In this document: piece after piece, positions 42,101-54,436 of the stretch | Position numbering within the stretch: position 1 is the stretch's first letter | Layout: every line of letters begins with the position of its first letter | Assembly (NCBI GenBank): GCA_002633005.1 | Contig: NMRA01000035.1 | Location: 959,059 to 1,023,058, forward strand | Direction: 5' to 3' | DNA from: Phoronis australis | Taxonomy: Eukaryota; Animalia; Phoronida | Length of the DNA stretch: 64,000 bases | Notes under the pieces: model-generated | Told to the model about the DNA's origin: nothing | Seen by the model: the letters and a program-made list of their open reading frames with translations, nothing else | Databases searched by the model: none | Made by a program: the position numbers and the translations under genes

Positions 42101-45100
42101 GCCCTGCAACCTTTGACCCTGAATAAGTGGTAACAAATTTCCACTTTTTACTGTGCAGTTACAAGGTGGTTCTGAACTCTTTTTTCTCATTGCACAGTAT
42201 ATATTTCGTATTTGAAGGTTCCCAAGAATGAAGCTAAAGTATTTTGCTACACATACGTGAAATATTGTAAACTCAGCCGATTTTTCTGAATAAGGTTTGA
42301 GATATCCTTAATCCACCAACAATGGCGTTTAAGTCTGGGAGCATTCCCATTGAGGAAAACCCCTCAAAACAGGAGACTTATACATTAATGGGAAAGCAAC
42401 ATAAATCTAAAAAGATTTTGCAATAAAACTGTCCGCCACCATGCCATAGTAAGTTGGCTTAAGTGGCAGGGTTAGTATATGTACTCAGGTCTACTCATCA
42501 TTAAATCAATCTACTAGTTAAAAATAAATTAATAAAAAAGAGTGGCTTAAACTGACGTCACGTCTTGTCAACTACAGGATTAGATGACAGAATCACATAG
42601 TAACGCTCAGCAAAACAGTACCGTAACATTATATCTTTCATGAAACTACCCAAGATTCTTGGTACAAAGAGCAAATCTGTCATTCATCATCACCATCAAT
42701 TCTACCACTCCCAGTAACAAAAAGCAAATCTAGGAAAAGTAATGAGATTGACAGATAAGAAATCAATGCTGGCTTTTCATTACTAGACACACAATATACC
42801 AGTTTATTGAGTAACTCCTATGATTTGCATGACAAAAGGGACAACCCAAAGGATGCCTGGCACTCCAGAAATGCATACAAAACTGAGACTGTTATGAATA
42901 ATTGACTTATTTACCACATGATGAGGTACCAATAAACAGTATTACAACTCTATTCTAGATTGGCTAGTTCAACACTAAATGAATTCCACAACATGCATTA
43001 GCTGATCATGTACTACAATTAGAAGGAGCATTCTGGGAATTTTTGCAAGATTATCTTAACCAGGGAACAATTCCTCAAAGCAAAACTTGTATTTTTGAAA
43101 GTAACTTGCCAGTACATCTATCAAAACGATGTTATGTTAAAGACAGAGTCATATCTATAGATAATACAAAACATACTTCTCTAGATATGGCAACGTAATG
43201 GTACAATTATGTTGCTTTGAGTAAAAACGTCATAGGGCCTGTTATATCTAGGTACTGCATCCAATATAAAGTTGGTAAGCTTAGGTCTTATCATTAAGCC
43301 AATCTTAAAACCTGTCTGCATGAATTATAAGAGGTATGAATTGTGGTAGTATCGTGGAAACACCAGGAATGGTAGTGAGATGACAATGGGATATGAATGT
43401 CATAGGCGGGCCCCCCCACCCTTGGCTGCCGCAAAAAAAATAAAACAGTAAGAGCGTAGGGAAATGTTGAGTTTATTAATTAACCCCGGTAATTAAAATT
43501 ATACGGATGAAAAAAGATTTAAATGTGTGCAGTTTTAGTATTGGGGGGAGGGGCTCAAATCCAATTTCAAGTGTCAAATTCGGAACACGGCGCATTCGTA
43601 ACGGAACTATGGCTAAGTATAGGCTCTCCCGCGATATCCCAGGCGACCGGCAGTGGCGCTGCGCACTACGACTCCGTTTCCGTCGTCTGCTCCACTGTGC
43701 AATGAAGAAAATTTACTTCATTTTTTAAAGAAAATGGAACCTGAGTGACGATGAAAAAACAGAAGCTGCTGGTAAGATGTGAATTTCAATCGAAGCCTTA
43801 GTGAATCACTCAGAAACTCGAAATACTCTCTTTGTCAAACCTTATCTTAAGACGATTTCCAAAGCAATCCCGTCATTATTGCCAACACGAAAAACGGATT
43901 TGGTCTTTTGGGCATTTGAAGACTATTTTAAATACAACAAATTTGTTAAGAATTGATGGCACAAAATATAAAACGTGTAATAAGCATTACAAAAAGAAGT
44001 AGGTTTCGCGCGCAAACGCTGTGGACCATAAACTGCAACAAGTAGGTCTCTTAGTATGAGATTAGTAGTTGAATCGTGGTGGTGTAGTGGTTAACGCACG
44101 CGCGTCCTATCCGCCAGGTCGTGAGTTCGAGTCTTTCAGTTTTTCCTGTTTGATATGTTCTCCGTGTTTTTCTTTGCCTTTTTTTCTTGGATAATAGTTC
44201 AGGAATCAAGGAAAATGCCTGAATTTTAGAGGTAAAAACAGAAAAATTTCCTTGGCGGAAGGGGGGCAAACCCCCCTCCTGACCTCCCCCCATTCGGTGC
44301 TATGTGCATCTACAATCGTGGTTCAGTTTGCGCAAATACTTACAGCCGGACAAAATATTGGCCCCCCCTTGTGATATCCTAGATCCGCCACTGAATGTAA
44401 CTAGGGTATAGTTCTAGTTGCATTTACATCAGAAACACTTGACAAGGACTTGCTGATGCCAGTTCAGTGCATTTACTAAAAACTTAACATACAAACTTCA
44501 CACAGTATAGACATTGATGTTGAACACATGTACATGAATTTTGAAATTCAAGTCGAGTTTGAATTTTCTGTAGAGGAGAACACTGAAATTTACAATGAAG
44601 TACTTATCCGTGAATAACCCCCTACACAGTAGTTCATGAAATGGAAAAACAGTACAAAGTTATCAGCGGAAAAATAGGGCAGCAAGTAGCACCCTGTTAG
44701 ATTTAACAGCCACATTTGTGCAAACCTTTAAATGACATAAAATTTCTGAACAATCTCACAACACTGAGTTCCTTCAAACTAGATAAACAGGTTTAAAATT
44801 TAGGCATTATACCTATTCATTTAATACCAGGTTTTACATAATTCATGCCAGTGCAGAGAATGCCCTGCATAAATTGAACACTGTAATGAGACCCATGACA
44901 GTAAATTTCACCAAGTTTGGCTTCAGGCGCTCACAAATACTTCAACCATAAAATGATCTACAATGGGTCTCTAATTTGGAACAGCCTTTTACAAGTAAGT
45001 TGGACCCCTGGATTTCCCCACATAGATGCTATTGTCAACATTCAAGCACAGCCAAAGTGCATAGTCTATGGCTTCCAATTCAAAGTTCAAGCTTCCCTGA

Positions 45101-48100
45101 GTACACAAAAGACCCAGACACTGAACTTTGAATGATCAAAAGTCTGTATGAAAGTTTGGATCCTGGCATCAAACTATTACAGTAACAGTTTTGCTGAAGT
45201 TGTGTAACACCCTGCCAATGGCCTTAGAACCAGTGATTGGTTATGATACATGCTCTAGCATGCACACACAACAGCAAAGAACTACAAGATTGGAAATCGG
45301 GAAAAAAACAAGCATGACAGAACACAAATGTCCTCCTTTAAAACTGCAGTACATATTTCAACTTCTTGAGCTTTCTAAAAACGAAAATCAAAGTGGCCTT
45401 TTACTCTAACAAATTCGGTCTTGTAACAGACCTTGTCGTGAGATTCTTTTTCCGTTATCAACACGAACATCGAAACCATCAGAAACTCAAGAAAATGCTT
45501 CAGTCTACTGGGATTGGCCGACTCTTAAGTTGCGAAGTGGAAAATGGTGTGTGTACTCATTGCCTACAGGTTGCTTTCGGCAGATCATGGTAATGTTTTT
45601 TAAAACTCAAAGCGCTACAGTTTGGATTTCAACTAAATATCAAATCCACACTATGAATTGCTCTGGAGCAAATTGCCCCCCCCCCCCTCCCCCGTTCAGC
45701 AGAGTGTCCACACTGCACACCCCGCGACTAATATGGCACAAGCAGGATTAGATACCATAGAATAAATTACCTGATGTCAACTAATAAAGTGGAGTGAATT
45801 GTCACATGCCAGTCAAGGTGTCCCAGCGCTAATGGCATATACACTACTACTACCAAACCAAGTGATAATTGTTTCCAAGAGCGTAAGTTGTTTTAGTGTA
45901 ACGTGTAGTGTGAAAAGTACCATGGAATTCCAGTCAGTTACAATAAAAAAATCTTCAATTTAGGACAAAAATAATTTCTAAAATTTCCATATTTCTATTT
46001 TTCAGAGGCTAACTATGCTCAAAGCTAAAAGCCAAGTATTTTAGTTTTATTGAGAACTTTGGCAAACTGAAATGTTCACCTGTCTACCATATTGTGTTCT
46101 AATTAACTGAAGAATTTTACAGTGATAATTTAGTTGGTAAAAATGAGAGAAGCTACCTACTAAGAGAAATTTAGTTAGTTTAGCATAGCGTTTCAGCCCA
46201 GGCCCTTGCAGGTTTGAAAGGTTATGCTCAACTAACTAAATGTCTCCTAGTAAGTAACTTTTCTCATTTTTACCATCATCACAGGAGACAGCTACGAACA
46301 CGTTTAACCAATAACGTAGTTGTTCAACAGTGAACACAAGCCTGTAGTCATCACAAAATCAATAAAACAGAATAAGAGTTCTGAGTTTCATTCAAACACA
46401 TGTGCTTTACTGGCTAATAATATTCAAGTCTCAACCTAACAGCACTCACTGGACAAGGCTTGTGAACCAGCAAGCTCACCTATTCAAAAACACATCCTTG
46501 CACTCATAAAACATGGGATATGCACTCAAAAAAAAAACGGCTCATTAATTCACATGACTAATGATTATGTGCATGAATCAGTGAAGTGTCCATGAGCCAG
46601 GTTCACAAGTGCCGCAGCTGCACCTGCAGTCCAAGAGCCGTGCCTTTTGGATGCATAGCCCGTGTCTTGCAAGTGCGGGGTCGTGTTTGTGAGTTGGTAA
46701 GCAGTTTCCAGGTGCGTGGGCTGTGTTCATGAGTACGAGTTGTTCCGGTAACCTGAGTACCGGATTAATAGTGATCCCAGCTGCCAGTCAGTCACTCTAA
46801 GTAATCACAAAGATTTTTCAAATTAATAAAAAAACCCTACACATTATCCATATACTCAACATCAGACGAAACAAAACGTCTGGAAATGAAAAACCAGGAT
46901 GTAAATTCCACTCCATTGTAATCGATGAATAACACAAAGGTCAATAACAGCGACTTGCATTATAAAATTTTAAAGATTCACACATCGCTAATTAGGTCAA
47001 GCCCAAATGGCAAACTTCAAAGTGGAATAAATTGAGTTAGTGGTAGTGAATTTTTCTGCTGAAGCAATCAATGAACTCTACCATGCCATCCTGTTCATTG
47101 TAATTCATCATGTGTATTTGAGCCAACCATCAGGTCCATTATGTGTAATTATGCTAAACCACCCTAATAAAGACCCAAGACAAATAATGGTTTCCAACCC
47201 AAAGCATGTGATCAAACAATGGATTACCACCAAAGCTGGAGACCCATGGGGCTTTCAGTGAAATTTCAGAGCATGAGGTTATCACCTATGGTATAAAAAG
47301 ACATTGGAACTTGGTCAGGCAAACTGACTATTCAACTATTTTACTATCCCATTAAACATTTATCTGTACAGTTTTCTAGGCTACCAGTACAACTATTTTT
47401 AGTTTTTAAATCTGGCAGCTAAGGTTCTTGAGAGGTCTATGACGTATATTTCTACTTCGGTTGCTGATAGACAAATGAGGTGAAGAACTTTAAATTTGAA
47501 ATAATCTGTTGACAGCATGTTTAAGGATGGGATTTAACGTTATTGGTCAAGTGATATAAATTCAACAGCCATAGTGTGATTTGTTCTTGGATAACAGTAA
47601 AATCAATTTTTTTTCAAATTACAATTTAAAAAGGTAACAGAAATCTACAGTTTATTCAAAGAGAGACGTATTTTGACTGCACCATGTTGCAATATTTCTC
47701 TATTGTGTAAGATACCTGCACTATTCAAAAGAGATTTATGACTCGTACATTTAGGCAATCAGGAACAAATTAAAACTGACAAAAACAAATTCTTCTGCAC
47801 AGAAACGAAGCCATGAAACTATCACTGCTTTGCATGCAGCAATAACAACTAACCATGACCTATTGGTAACCTGTTACCATGATTCAAGCATGCACACAAC
47901 GTACAACCCATACAACTGACAGTCTGGCGAATTAATTGATTGCAGAATTTAAAAAAATATTAAGTTATAAATACACATAATGTGAAACAAATGTTAGACT
48001 GTTAGCCATTGATATTCTTCACGTGTAATAGTTAAGCTCAATTGTAAATGTATGAAAAGTCACTGAAATGCTCTGGGATGAATGTATATGGGTATACTGA

Positions 48101-50722
48101 TGGGAAGCAGTGTATTAGCACTGACATTCCAGGCTGCNCCCCCCCCCCGTTATGAAACATTCGAGCCAAAATGTTGAAAAGGATTGAAAGAAATTAGCAG
48201 GTATCCCAGTACTAAATGTTTGACCATGACAATGTTACCAGCAAATACAAAAGATGTTCTCTTTCACATGAGTTAGACAAGAATTTTGCAATGACAATAA
48301 ATTTAGGCAACTATCAACCATTGTGTATTTTTTCACAAATGCAAACACACACTTGTATAAATGCAAATTTATACACAAATACATGTATAAATGCAAAGGC
48401 ACAGTTGTATGAATGCATCTATGTTTCATACACTACTCTTGTACTAAGTATGAAGTTGTTTGAGAAGATTTCAACTTCGAAGAAGAATTTCAATGGTCCA
48501 TTTTCAATTATTCATTAAAAAATCCAGAACATTTCCGAAGCTCCCACTGCCCTAGTATAGTGTCAGCCCTATTCTGTCTACAGATAACTTCAACAGCCCA
48601 CTCATCAAACTTTGATAACTTGGAGAGTGTGGGCTACCGAAGCCAGTCTGAAAGGTTCAACAACCTTTATAGTTCACAACATAGAGACAGCCAGTATGGA
48701 ATGGCCTCAGACAACCCAGCCCATGATACCAAGATACCATGTTGTTGTATTATTAAAATGGCATACATTTCCATGTGCAGACACAATGTCAATATTAACC
48801 CACAATATGATATGTATGGGACCACTGTGTGCTCAGTGCCACCCGGGCAGCTAAAGGTAGGTTTTACAAACTTATTCACGTGGCATATCAGCATTCAATG
48901 ACATGGCGAAATCAGATAATTTTACCACTTGTGTACATAGATAGCCAGCACTTAAGGCTCGCGATGAGGAAGCCACACATACTGGGTCTACCAAGCAGAA
49001 TTAGTGCAGCTCAAGAAAATTCACACTCCAAAGTAACCCCAATGAAAAATTCAAACAGTTAACCAGTTTCATTCTGTTGAAATTGGACCCTACCTCTGTC
49101 TGAAGTTTGATTTGAATTTTAACATCTATGTATAAAAACGACAATTATAAATTTTCTGAAATACTAAACAATCCCCTCCAAATTCCCCCATTAGAAAAAT
49201 ATACAATCCAGCACTGACACCAGCTCCAACTAATGGACCATTCAGATTGCAACACACTGTCAGAGCTTGTGTCCCTGCACTTTTCTGCTTCATGTTATAT
49301 CTATCAATCCATAACATAATTCAATGCTACCATGGTGATACATCATTATTGCCAGATCATTACCACTGACATGCTGGTATAAGCACCACTTCAAATAAAT
49401 TGCAATTTTAAATGTGAACAACACTCACCTGCAAACATGGGGGCCAACATGATAAAGGTTGATCCTGGTTTATGCATTGCTCCTAGTACAACCCCTGTCG
49501 TTATGCAACAGAGTCCTAGCAGTGCCAGAGACACCAGCACCCAACGGAATCGGGTCACTGACTCAATACAACTTCGGCATGACGCCGCACTGCAGCACTT
49601 CTTCTCCTCGTCAAGATTAGTTTGCGATGAACGTGATGACGTTCGCCTACTACGACGATGATTTCGGCGATGTCGTGACCTGTTACCACGGGAGTGCCTG
49701 TGACGGTCACTACGATGAGTTCGCCTAGGAGATGTGGGTCCGTTTGCACGTGGCTCCCTCCTGTGTCGTCTTCGCTCGTACGGTGGCGGTATGTGCGAGT
49801 TTAAAATGTCTGGCAAGATATCTGTATTACTGACTGGACGACTAGAGCGGTGCTCTGTCGGTGAAGACCTTGTCTGTGTTGGTGGCCTAATTCCACTGGC
49901 AGATGGGTCTCTTAAAATATCCAGGCTTATGCTGGAGCTCAACAGGCGGCGTTGATCGTCAACTCCTACAGCATATTCAGAACTAGTTGACCACCGATGT
50001 CTGGGGGGCAGATTGTTTTGCACCTGAACTGGCCTGAAGATGACTGGTAGTTCGGAAGACACCCCAGGGGAGGTGCCCACATTTTGACTGCTAGTAACAG
50101 GGCTAGCACTATTTCGGTTAGAATTACTGGAACTTTGGTTGGATAGACTGTCACTAGATGCATTGTGACTGTTAGGATAAGATACAGTTTGAGTCATTTC
50201 ACTGTTGGAGGCCTGGCTTGAGCCACTTGCAGCTACAGCTGCAGAAACAGTTTGAAGTCGTGTAGTCCGACTGCTCTCAGTTTCTGTATTTCCAACAGAT
50301 GAAAGTGGGACATTTCTATTCCCCGCACTAGTAGAACCACTAGAATCTCCAGCACTCAAACTAGTAGGTAGCACATTCAAGCTGTTAGAAGCCCTGATAT
50401 TATCTCGTCTATCAGACAACGGAAGACTTCTCGTCCGTGAGTTGGACGCCCTCGGATTCACACGGCCTCTTGAACCATCAGCAAGTGCGTTGCGAGTAAC
50501 GTCTATGTCACTGTTACTGGAACTGCTTAGTGGTCTTTGTGAAGTGCCTGGCACTGGGACACTCCCAGACCCTGTCTGCACCTGTTGGTTGGGTTTTGGA
50601 GCAGGTCGTTTCTTTTTACGATTATCAACTCCATTTGAAGCAATTCCTGTCGCAGCCAAATTTGATGTCGGCACTGATACAGGCCCAGGGAATGCTGTGC
50701 TTGGACTTACACTGGCAGCCAT
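26503..50722 (-). CDS. Uncharacterised two-TM protein with multiple PPxY motifs, 4 coding exons, ~761 aa
   Basis: complement(join(26503-27143,28041-28217,34031-34204,49429-50722)); all introns phase 1 and GT..AG; 2286 nt. TM1 WVLVSLALLGLCCITTGVVLGAM; TM2 FIMLAPMFAGLGILLVIVVIVGW, split by an intron. Motifs PPPY, PPSY, PPTY x2; ends MTAL*. Confidence 0.85.
28041..28217 (-). CDS. PPxY two-TM gene, exon 3 (YPEFRYRRPPPSY...PPPTYRS)
   Basis: ttttatag acceptor, GTATGC donor; GC-rich coding-like composition. Confidence 0.88.
28869..29027. mobile_element. Short MITE (CAGGGGTAGATCC...TCCGCCAC)
   Basis: Termini of the same type as the 43401-44393 element; G/C runs. Confidence 0.5.
34031..34204 (-). 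CDS. PPxY two-TM gene, exon 2 (GLGILLVIVVIVGWRCTP...HWFG)
   Basis: tttcag acceptor, GTAAGG donor; completes TM2. Confidence 0.85.
36148..38725. mobile_element. ~2.6-kb non-autonomous DNA transposon candidate
   Basis: Inverted ends TGGGCAATACC / GGAATTGCCCC flanked by TA; internal motif (AC)ATCCGTCACA recurs about 6 times; no ORF. Confidence 0.55.
38737..39115. repeat. Dispersed repeat (copy A)
   Basis: Shares gaccatgtcttt..agtaaaatttagcaaaa, aattcctaacagcat and tcagccatttctga with 58080-58429. Confidence 0.7.
43401..44393. mobile_element. ~1-kb non-autonomous DNA element with CA..GGCGG termini
   Basis: Ends CATAGGCGG / CCGCCACTG, flanked by an AATGT direct repeat; G/C-run subterminal tracts; CpG-rich interior. 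Confidence 0.55.
44077..44135 (+). repeat. tRNA-derived Pol III promoter-like segment
   Basis: GGTGTAGTGGTT A-box and GAGTTCGAGTC B-box; no complete cloverleaf. Confidence 0.5.
46135..46275. repeat. ~140-bp imperfect palindrome (foldback/MITE)
   Basis: tggtaaaaatgaga..tttagttagtttagcata pairs with tatgctcaactaactaaa..tctcatttttacca. Confidence 0.8.
49429..50722 (-). CDS. PPxY two-TM gene, first coding exon (Ser-rich disordered N-terminus, PPPY, Arg/His-rich patch, TM1)
   Basis: 443-aa ORF; donor GTGAGT at 49428; upstream acceptor tttctttcag gives an exon start at 50853. Confidence 0.88.
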
Positions 50723-53497
50723 TGTTGAAATCCAATTCTAACAACTGCCTTCACATCCTCACCACCTGTAAAATGTAATCCCCACTCTTGTCAATCTGAC
50801 TAGTATCTAATCCAAATTCCCATCAGGAAACAGGTGGTTGCAATAAGCCTGACCTGAAAGAAACAAAGAAAAATATCTATTCTCACTATGTGTCTACAGC
50901 TGCAACACAACTGGTGGAAATGATCAAGTCATAAACAAGCCTTTTAATTTCTTGTGCCACTGTTGAACATACAGCCACATAATACTAACAAATAAAACCT
51001 TTGTACTGTGGGGGCACAGTCCAGGGTAAAACAGAAATAAGGGCCTTGTGTTAAGTGCAATTTGGACATTGTTCATGCGTAGAATTGCCCTGGAAGTTAG
51101 TGTAGTTATGGCCAATCAAAGCTGTTTAAATATATGCCACATGAAAAGAAAATCGCATTAACTGTTATTGTGTTAAGCCCACACTGGAACAATTTCAGGA
51201 GAAACCATTTCACAACAGTAACCCATTATGCAGTGGTGCATTATATTCATGACTTTGCTATGTGGATCAATGCAATTATTTATTGACTAATTGCACACAA
51301 TAGTTAGCGGCACGTCCTGGTTATTTTCCTTATCCATAACAAACACCATCCACTGACAGGACTTAACAAAAAATCAGAGCACTGTAAACTAGAACTTTAT
51401 TGAACAATTGTGTTCTTTAACAGAAGTGAGCAAATATGCATTATTTACATTAAGACAAGATAAAGAACAAACAAGACTCATGCTTTTTATAGACAGACAT
51501 GACTTACAGGAGCTGTACAAGGAATTCAATACAAGCAATAGTCACAGGGGTTACCGTACCCAATTCAAGAACCAGTTTTCTCCACTGAATGACGGGAATC
51601 AAACTGGTTCTCAGACTCCTGTAAGTGACCACTGCCATCAATAGCATCACAAGTTGCGTCATGTACACTAATCAGATCCACAGCCATAATGACAATAAAT
51701 GTATCATATTTTTTATCCATGTATAATTATAAATAAAAGAATAGATATAAAATCATTTTTGCAGTGATTAAGTAACGTGAAGCCCCAATTATTCACAATA
51801 ATGGAAATGGTCAGAATTCACGGAATTGTACTTCTTTCGCGGAATAAGCTTGGTTTCAAATGGACTTCACATATATTTCAGTTCAAGAAGATACCTTACT
51901 GGTAGTATTTTTTGTTTCAATTTCTAAACCCGAGACTGGCTACAAATCGATCAACAAAGATTTTGTAGCAGACTCTGACATGCTCATTCATCCTGAAGTT
52001 GGAACTGACCTATTTCTGGATTCAAACACGATGAACAGCAAATTACTAGTAAAATGGAACTGCAGCACAATAAGACTGGATGGAGTATGGTGATTCCTAT
52101 ATTTATATTATTTATTACTTTGTAAAAGTAAAATCAATCAATTCAAAATAGGGTAGAAAACAAAATTTTTTGTTAATTTGCTAACATAAATTTTTCTGCT
52201 TTGGAAAATGAAAAGTTAAGGGTCTCTAATAATCATAAATGGATAAACAAATATTCAAATGCACAATGTTCTGAACACGATAAACTTGGTTTTCAAATGG
52301 CAAAAAAATCGCTTCACTTAACAACTGTATAGTGTTCAATAAATACATACTGAAGAAACCTGTACTAAATTAAGCTTGTTTATACTTAAACTTGACTTCA
52401 CCCTTTCATGCACAACAAGCAAAGAAAGCAACAAAACAGACAATTTTCGAGCAATATACCCTAAACAAAGAGATGACCTCAAAAGCAAACAGAGAAAACC
52501 ACTCATCGGAGAAGATGTACTGCGTCAGACACTGGGACAAAGGCTGTTGTGGCCAGTCAGCTGTTATTGTGGCAACCTGCCAACTTGTACACATCAAACT
52601 CACAGAAAACTTGTGACTCAAGTGATTGCTTCCACAACAAGTTAACAAACAGTTTATTATAAGTAGAACTCTGGAATTGACTTCTGAATGTCCGTTCATG
52701 CTTCCTGGAAGGAAATCGCAACTTGAAAAATCACAACACTGGGACCACAAAAATACCCATGGTGGATGAAGGATGGTAGCCCACCGCAATGATCAAAAGG
52801 TCACCATACAAAACAAAGACACTTAACTGCAGCAATGTTTCATCGGCACCAATTCTAATTGAACTGGCCACTGAACTGACAGATGTTCATGTATGATGGT
52901 CCAGTTTTTCCTATCACAAAACGACACAGAAAATCAGCACTACACAAAATTCAGCTGAGACAGAAAAATTTTCAACACAATGACAGTCTCACAAAGAGAA
53001 ACGAAGAGTGTCAATAAGCATAACACTAAAAGGTAGATTACGTATTTGTAAAGAATCAAATTCAACAGAAAAACTGGAACCTGATCTCAAATCCTGGCTG
53101 CACCAAATCAATTTGATATAGGCCTAGCTGTGCCAGTGCTTGCAGTCTATCTGAACAAAAGAACACTGCTGTTATGTCTCAAAAAGCAACATTCACTTCA
53201 GTTCAGGGACTATAATGCCAACCAGTGTCCTGATGAAAAAGTGATAAGTGTGTATCCTGTTGGTTATCAGAATACTCATATTAGATTACTACTGCTGGGC
53301 TTAACTTAGGTCAATCACATAGTCATAACACACGTACGTTTCTAGACAGGTCCTCCACTGGGAGACATTGTCACATAATGAATCTGTCAAGTAACTAAAA
53401 CACAAAACAAGTAATCACTCAGAGTATCAATAAGTAAACTAAAGGGGCAAACAATCGGAAAACAGTTGCAGTCCCGAAAAAACGACACACAACTTAC

Positions 53498-53550
53498 CCG
53501 CACCGTCCCTGTGTTTGACATTGTTTGACACACTTTGTTGATATTTGTTC
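53498..53550 (-). other. Putative non-coding first exon of the PPxY two-TM gene (5' end approximate)
   Basis: Consensus GTAAGT donor at 53497; locally more CpG; strand skew changes nearby; an acceptor is available at 50854. Confidence 0.45.
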
Positions 53551-53558
53551 GACTTAAA

Positions 53559-53568
53559 GTCACGTGAC
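53559..53568. promoter_or_regulatory. Palindromic extended E-box / CLEAR element GTCACGTGAC
   Basis: Exact 10-bp match, about 60 bp upstream (minus sense) of a consensus donor CGG|GTAAGT at 53497. Confidence 0.6.
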
Positions 53569-54436
53569 GCTCCCCACACAAAAACAAGAATCGTTCGTCT
53601 TCTATCACAACAACAATATTGAAATAATGACTCGTTGCAACACTTTGATAGAATTTAAAAACACAAAAAAGTAATTTTTGAGCTCGTTATGGGCATAAAA
53701 TAATTTGAAGAAAGAAATATTTTTTGAAAATTAATGTCATCGTTCCACATTTTATTAAGGTTGTAATGGCAGCGCCCGTATTTTGTACAGGAACAACTTG
53801 AATGTATCAAGAATTCTTATTTTGGTGAGCATTGATAATATGTTTTTGGTGAGCATTGATATCATTGTTTGGACTTGCTGACTATTTGCATTTATTCCAA
53901 ACTGTTACATGTATACAATACAAGAGAGACATCCACACAATTAGAGTTTGGATTTCCCCGACGAGTGAATCGAATCTAACTTACTTTAATAGTCATTAGT
54001 CTTCATTCACTCGATTCAGTCTTGAGCCTGGGCTCAGCTAGACGCGTCATCTGTCTGTACATAACTACTTATAGACATGCTTGAAAAGGTAGATTCCCTT
54101 GGAGCGCAAGTTTGTCTACATTTAATTTTGCAAATCAAAATGTTATCTGTGCTGTTGCATGGTTACAGTTCAGTTGTAATCGTCAACATCATTCGTCTGT
54201 CCTTGGCCTCTGGTGTCCTGTGATAGATTCTCGGTTGGGACTGTAATAATTACATCGCTGGGAATTGTGCCTGTCAAATCTAGAGGTAGTTGTTTACAGT
54301 ATGAGGACATTGATCTACGCACATGATTTTGGTATCGTTTGATTCCTCGGATCGATCGTTATCATTCTGTTGTAGATGTGCTTCCGGTGAATTATATGAG
54401 CCTCTGTTAGCTACTCGCTAATGGGCAATTGCTTAT

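Noticed and set aside
26426-50778. Plus-strand ORFs overlapping exons of the PPxY gene
   Set aside because: Antisense shadows of GC-richer coding exons.
53820-53860. Direct repeat ttttggtgagcattgata x2 as a CRISPR-like array
   Set aside because: Only two units with a very short spacer, in eukaryotic DNA with no cas genes; a local slippage duplication.
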